Positions 25,538-29,528 of a stretch of DNA of 29,528 nucleotides are shown here, piece by piece; positions within the stretch are counted from its first letter, which is position 1; each line of letters opens with the position of its first letter. This stretch comes from a virus (Duplodnaviria > Caudoviricetes): the IMG/VR virus record IMGVR_UViG_3300023283_000064, positions 1 to 29,528 of that record; one strand, 5' to 3'. Below the pieces are notes generated by a model that ran no database searches, was not told where the DNA came from, and saw nothing but the letters and a program-made list of their open reading frames with translations. Both the position numbers and the translations under genes were made by a program.

Positions 25538-25951
25538 ATGTCAAATTTCAACAAGGTAATTCTGGCCGGAAATATGACGCGCGACCCCGAACTCCGCGAC
25601 GCCGGCAGCTCCAAGGTGTGCGAGTTCGGGGTCGCGATCAACCGCAAGTGGCGCAGCAAGGACGGTCAGGATCAAGAGGAGGTCTGCTTCGTCGACTGCA
25701 CCGCCTGGGCCCGCACGGCCGAGGTGATCGATCAGTATTTCGAGAAGGGCAAGCCGATCCTCGTCGAGGGCCGGCTCCAGCTCGACCAGTGGCAGGACCG
25801 CCAGACCGGAGCTAACCGATCGAAGCTCAAGGTCGTGGTCGAGCGGTTCGAGTTTCTCGGTGACGGCCAGGAGGCACCCGCCGCCAAGAACAACCGGCCA
25901 GCGGCTCAGCAGGAGGCCCCGGCGAACGACGACGAGGAGATCCCCTTCTGA
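25538..25951 (+). CDS. ssb: Single-stranded DNA-binding protein
   Basis: NFNKVILAGNMTRDPELR, KGKPILVEGRL and acidic C-terminus DDEEIPF. Confidence 0.97.
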   Translation: MSNFNKVILAGNMTRDPELRDAGSSKVCEFGVAINRKWRSKDGQDQEEVCFVDCTAWARTAEVIDQYFEKGKPILVEGRLQLDQWQDRQTGANRSKLKVVVERFEFLGDGQEAPAAKNNRPAAQQEAPANDDEEIPF

Positions 25952-25963
25952 GGAGGGTGAGGG

Positions 25964-25992
25964 TTGCACCGGCTCTCTCTCGCGGTTACAAT
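25964..25992 (+). promoter_or_regulatory. Sigma70-type promoter
   Basis: TTGCAC (25964-69), 17 nt, TACAAT (25987-92). Confidence 0.7.
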
Positions 25993-26030
25993 CCCCTTGG
26001 CAATGGACGTCAAACCCCTAGATCCCTCCG

Positions 26031-26074
26031 GCCGCCCGCGCACGTTCATTGCCGAATCGCGCGGGCGGCTTTTT
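26031..26074 (+). terminator. Intrinsic terminator / attenuator hairpin in the leader of the replication genes
   Basis: Perfect 11-bp stem GCCGCCCGCGC (26031-41) / GCGCGGGCGGC (26059-69), 17-nt loop, then TTTTT. Confidence 0.7.
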
Positions 26075-26097
26075 GTGCGCATAACCAAAAGGAAGCC

Positions 26098-26901
26098 ATG
26101 ACCGACACGACACTACCGACCATCCGAACGCTTGGGGAGACTGCCCGGGACGAGCATCACAAAGCGCTGGAGGCCGCGACCGATGCGCTGACGCACGCGA
26201 AGCTCGCCGGCGACGCGCTCAACGCGGCGAAGGCACAGGTGGGCCACGGCAAGTGGGAACAGTGGTTGCGAGATGAATTCCCGGCGACGGCACGAACGGC
26301 ACGCCGGTACATGAGCATTTCGAGGCATTGGGACACCATTTCAAAACGGACACGCGTGGCCGATTCGACCTTAACGGGTGCGTTAGCGGCGATTCGGTCG
26401 CCAAAAGAAGACGACGAGCCGGACGAAACGCCGGAATCTGAGGAGGAATCGGGATCGGATTCCGAGCGGCCGGAAGAAGAGCAAGATTCCTCGCAGACCG
26501 ACGATTCAGGGCCGGAGGAGCCGGCCGACGACGAAGACCCCGAGCCTAATCCCGACCCCGAGCCGGACGGCCTGACCGACGACGACGGCGAGCCGGTGCC
26601 CGACGGGATCGCCGAGGCGTTCGGCGACGACCTCGACCAGCTCGATGCCGAGATCGACCTGGTGAGCAAACTGTCGCGGCGGATCAAAACGTTGGAGGGC
26701 TCGCTCGCGATGGCGTGGAACGCCAAGGGAAGCGGTGCCCACGCTCAGGTGCGACAACTACTGACGATCCTCAAGCAGGCCCGGCCGGCCCTCGTATGCA
26801 GATGCTGCATTGGCGAAGGCTGTGATTATTGCCAGGGCCGCGGATTCATCTGCTCCCGGTCAGCGGATCATCACCGAAAATTCCGTGGGGGTGATGCGTG
26901 A
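26098..26901 (+). CDS. DUF3102-like protein with acidic linker and C-terminal Cys cluster
   Basis: ATG 26098 after AAGGA; AGDAL..AKAQVGHGKWEQWL..EF...RTARRYM motif; long D/E/P/S tract; CRCCIGEGCDYCQGRG. Confidence 0.75.
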   Translation: MTDTTLPTIRTLGETARDEHHKALEAATDALTHAKLAGDALNAAKAQVGHGKWEQWLRDEFPATARTARRYMSISRHWDTISKRTRVADSTLTGALAAIRSPKEDDEPDETPESEEESGSDSERPEEEQDSSQTDDSGPEEPADDEDPEPNPDPEPDGLTDDDGEPVPDGIAEAFGDDLDQLDAEIDLVSKLSRRIKTLEGSLAMAWNAKGSGAHAQVRQLLTILKQARPALVCRCCIGEGCDYCQGRGFICSRSADHHRKFRGGDA

Positions 26902-28607
26902 GGGAGCTGCGGCCCTACCAGCGTGAGGACGTGGACGCATCGTGGGAAGCCCTGCGACAGCACGGCTCCACGATCTACACCGCGGCCACCGGCACCGGTA
27001 AGAGCGTGGTGATGGCCAGCCTCGCCCGCCGGGCCATCGTCGAGGGCCAGCGCATCCTCGTGCTTTCCGACCGCATCTTGCTGGCCGATCAACTGCAGCG
27101 CATCTTCGAGCAGTGGACCGGCGCTGAGGTGGGCATCGAGCAGGGCGAGCGGTCTGCCGATCAGTTCTTGACAGGCAAACCGCCTACCGTAATCGCGATG
27201 GTCCAGACTCTCTACTCGGGCGCCGAGGGCGCCGAGCGGTATCGCCAATGGCGGCCGGACGAGTTCGGCCTTGTGATCGTGGATGAGGCCGAGGCGTTTA
27301 TTGCGGCGAGCTTCCGCGAGCCGATCGAGTATTTTCAGAACGGAGGCGCATGGGTATGGGGATGCACCGCGACACCGATGCGCGGCGATGGCAAGAGCCT
27401 GGGCATTATATTCGAGCACGCGTTGCCGCCGCGCGATATCCGATGGGCAGTCAACGAAGGCTATCTGGTTCCACCGCGTGCTGCCGACGTGGCGGTGGAG
27501 CTCGATACCGACCTGCTGCGAAAAAACGGCGACGGGGATTACTCCGACGCGAGCATCTCGCGCATGCTCATGCGCATGGCCGAAAACGAGGAGGAATTCC
27601 GTCAGTTTGCGCGGGGCGTGCTGGATATCAATGCGGGCAAGCGCGGCATCCTCGTGGCGCCGAAGGTGGACGTGGCGCGGGCAATTTCCGACTACCTGTG
27701 CAGCGAGCAGCCGGGAGCGAGCGAGACGATTTACGGCGATCTGGTGCACGATGAAAAATCGCGGCTGTTCGATCGCCATCGGGCGGGCGAGTTCCCGATC
27801 CTGTCGAGCTGCGACATGCTGACTAAAGGGTACGACGATCCGCAGGTGGAGCAGGTGTTCATGTGCCGGCCGACCCGATCGCGACGCCTGATGATCCAGA
27901 TCGTCGGCCGGTCCCTGCGCCTTCCGGACCCCGCCATTGGTGCACTCCCCGATGCCGACGCTCGCAAAGCTGCGATCGCGGAGAGCTCCAAGCCCCATGC
28001 ACTTGCGGCGTGCCTGGTCCCCCTTGACCCGGACGTGCGGGACATGACGGTGGCCGACGCGCTGGAGGGCGACATGGAGCCGGAGGTGCGCGAGAAGATC
28101 CGCACACGGCAAAACGAACAGCCCGACCAGGACACGCTCGAATTGCTCGAGGCGTGCAAGGCCGAGGTCGAGGCCGAGCGGGCGGAACGAGAGAAAGCGG
28201 CACGTGCTCGCATCCTCGCACAGGGCAAGGTCAGCGTCCACGAGCGCGACGCGCTCTCAGGGCAGATCGGTAGCGTGCCGATCACCGCCGGCAAGACGGA
28301 GAACGGCGTGTCGATCAAACAGGTGGAGCTGATGCGTAAGGGCGGGGTACCGGACGCGGACATCAAAGGGATGTCGCCCGGACAGGCGGGGCGCGTCATC
28401 TCGCGAATCAAGAAAGGGTGGCGGGAAAATCTGTGCACCTACAAGCAGGCCAAGGCGCTGAAGCGGGCGGGGTACGACCGGTCCGAGCTGATCGACATGC
28501 CCATCGGTGAAGCGGGCGCCCGTCTGGACGTGCTCGCCAATGCGGGCTGGAAGATCAAACGCGAGGCGATCGAGGAGCGGGTGGGGCGAGAGGCGGTGAC
28601 GGCGTGA
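26898..28607 (+). CDS. Superfamily 2 (DExx) helicase
   Basis: LRPYQ, ATGTGKS, IVDEAE, TATPMR, MLTKGYD and QIVGRSLR motifs. Confidence 0.93.
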   Translation: MRELRPYQREDVDASWEALRQHGSTIYTAATGTGKSVVMASLARRAIVEGQRILVLSDRILLADQLQRIFEQWTGAEVGIEQGERSADQFLTGKPPTVIAMVQTLYSGAEGAERYRQWRPDEFGLVIVDEAEAFIAASFREPIEYFQNGGAWVWGCTATPMRGDGKSLGIIFEHALPPRDIRWAVNEGYLVPPRAADVAVELDTDLLRKNGDGDYSDASISRMLMRMAENEEEFRQFARGVLDINAGKRGILVAPKVDVARAISDYLCSEQPGASETIYGDLVHDEKSRLFDRHRAGEFPILSSCDMLTKGYDDPQVEQVFMCRPTRSRRLMIQIVGRSLRLPDPAIGALPDADARKAAIAESSKPHALAACLVPLDPDVRDMTVADALEGDMEPEVREKIRTRQNEQPDQDTLELLEACKAEVEAERAEREKAARARILAQGKVSVHERDALSGQIGSVPITAGKTENGVSIKQVELMRKGGVPDADIKGMSPGQAGRVISRIKKGWRENLCTYKQAKALKRAGYDRSELIDMPIGEAGARLDVLANAGWKIKREAIEERVGREAVTA

Positions 28608-29029
28608 GCGAACGCATCGTCAACTTCAACGACCCCGACGACCGACGGCGCGTGTTGGACGGGATTCGGAATCTCACCGGCCGCTGGCGCATCTCGGCCA
28701 AGCGGTGGCGCCCCCGGCACAGCGAGGCACAGCGGCGGTGGTACTTTGGCCGGATCGTCGGGGACTTCCACGATTGGTTGATCGACCAGGGCAACGACCA
28801 TTTGACCCGCGACGATGCGCACGACATGCTCAAGCTCAAATGCCTCGGCGTCGAGGTGGCCGACCCCGAGACCGGCGAGAGCTGCCGGGTGCCCGGGTCG
28901 ATCCGACCGACGGAGACCGTCGAGTTTTCCGACTACTGCGAGCGATGCCGGGCGTGGCTGGCCGAGTTCTGCGACATCCAGGTGCCGGACCCTGATCCGG
29001 CGTGGCGCGAGAAGGGGGGCGATCAGTGA
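28604..29029 (+). CDS. NinB/YbcN-like protein
   Basis: RHSEAQRRWYFG, HDMLK and T.EFSDYCE...W.AE...I.VPDP pattern. Confidence 0.65.
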   Translation: MSERIVNFNDPDDRRRVLDGIRNLTGRWRISAKRWRPRHSEAQRRWYFGRIVGDFHDWLIDQGNDHLTRDDAHDMLKLKCLGVEVADPETGESCRVPGSIRPTETVEFSDYCERCRAWLAEFCDIQVPDPDPAWREKGGDQ

Positions 29030-29528
29030 GGCGCCTCGGCGACTGGATACCAGTTTCCCGGTCCCGGCCGTGCCCGATTTGCGGGACGCCGGACGCATGC
29101 ATGCGCAAGGTAGACGGTTCGGCGGTTTCCTGCTTTCGCATCTCTGAGGGATGCGCGGTTGACGGTAGCGGGGAACCCGTAACGTTTAAGGACGGCATGG
29201 GGTGGGTCCACGACCTGAAAGATGACATTGCGCCGGCGCCACCGAAACGGAAGGACGCGAAGGTTACGGCGCCGAAGATCGACGCTGACCGGATCGCTCG
29301 AGACTGCTTCGCGGCGATCGGAAAGCGAGAACGATACGAGTCGGCCCGGCCTCTGGGGCTAGCGCCGAAGGATCTGCGAGCGGTAGGCATGGGCTGGAGC
29401 GAGCAGCACCAGGCGTATACCTGGCCGATGTTCGATTCGCGCGGCAAAGTCATCGGTATCCGGCTTCGGGATGAGGACGGCCGCAAGTGGGCAATTCGAG
29501 GATCGCGGAACGGGATGTTCATGGCAGT
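29026..29528 (+). CDS. Primase-like protein, N-terminal part (runs off the window)
   Basis: Manual translation from GTG 29026: W.PVSRSRPCPICGTPDAC...C.R zinc-binding domain, then WPMFDSRGKVIGIRLR; no stop before the window end. Confidence 0.72.
   Translation, partial: MRRLGDWIPVSRSRPCPICGTPDACMRKVDGSAVSCFRISEGCAVDGSGEPVTFKDGMGWVHDLKDDIAPAPPKRKDAKVTAPKIDADRIARDCFAAIGKRERYESARPLGLAPKDLRAVGMGWSEQHQAYTWPMFDSRGKVIGIRLRDEDGRKWAIRGSRNGMFMA

Larger units (their letters stand above)
1..29528 (+). mobile_element. Lambda-like tailed phage or prophage genome segment (packaging, head, non-contractile tail, recombination/replication)
   Basis: Colinear terminase, portal, protease, capsid, neck, tail tube, chaperone, tape measure order, then Gp157/annealase/SSB/helicase/primase; tightly packed + strand genes with ATGA/GTGA/TAATG overlaps; no host housekeeping genes seen. 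Confidence 0.97.

Noticed and set aside
25957-26097. N-terminal extension of the DUF3102 ORF
   Set aside because: Covers the promoter and leader hairpin; RBS supports ATG 26098
26871-28241. 456-aa minus-strand ORF and the other long minus-strand ORFs
   Set aside because: Antisense shadows of well-supported + strand genes in high-GC DNA; no motifs or RBS recognised

Overview
A 29.5-kb segment of a GC-rich, lambda-like tailed phage or prophage (siphovirus layout); every credible gene is on the + strand. Order: small accessory genes (228-2857), a putative cos region with a lambda cosQ-like GGGTCCT (2859), Nu1-like small and gpA-like large terminase, a tandem Ogr/Delta-like Zn-ribbon protein, gpW-like adaptor, lambda-type portal, prohead protease, major capsid, cement and fibre proteins, neck, tail tube, tail chaperone with a -1 frameshift, TP901-type tape measure and tail-tip genes. 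An early recombination/replication module follows (HTH, Gp157, annealase, SSB, DUF3102, SF2 helicase, NinB-like, truncated primase). The SSB and terminase resemble Planctomycetota (PVC) proteins; this host assignment is inference. No integrase, endolysin, tRNA, CRISPR array or reverse transcriptase was recognised. Main leads: (1) a frameshift-only DnaJ-type zinc finger in the tail chaperone; (2) an XRE-like HTH fused to the prohead protease; (3) a duplicated hairpin/pseudoknot RNA element with a compensatory change, plus a separate promoter-leader RNA switch; (4) a PLA2-like protein and a lipoprotein at the usual lysis position; (5) an unlisted 46-aa membrane ORF paralogous to a gene 22 kb away; (6) three apparently leaderless promoters. 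All family calls come from reading motifs by eye; no searches were run.
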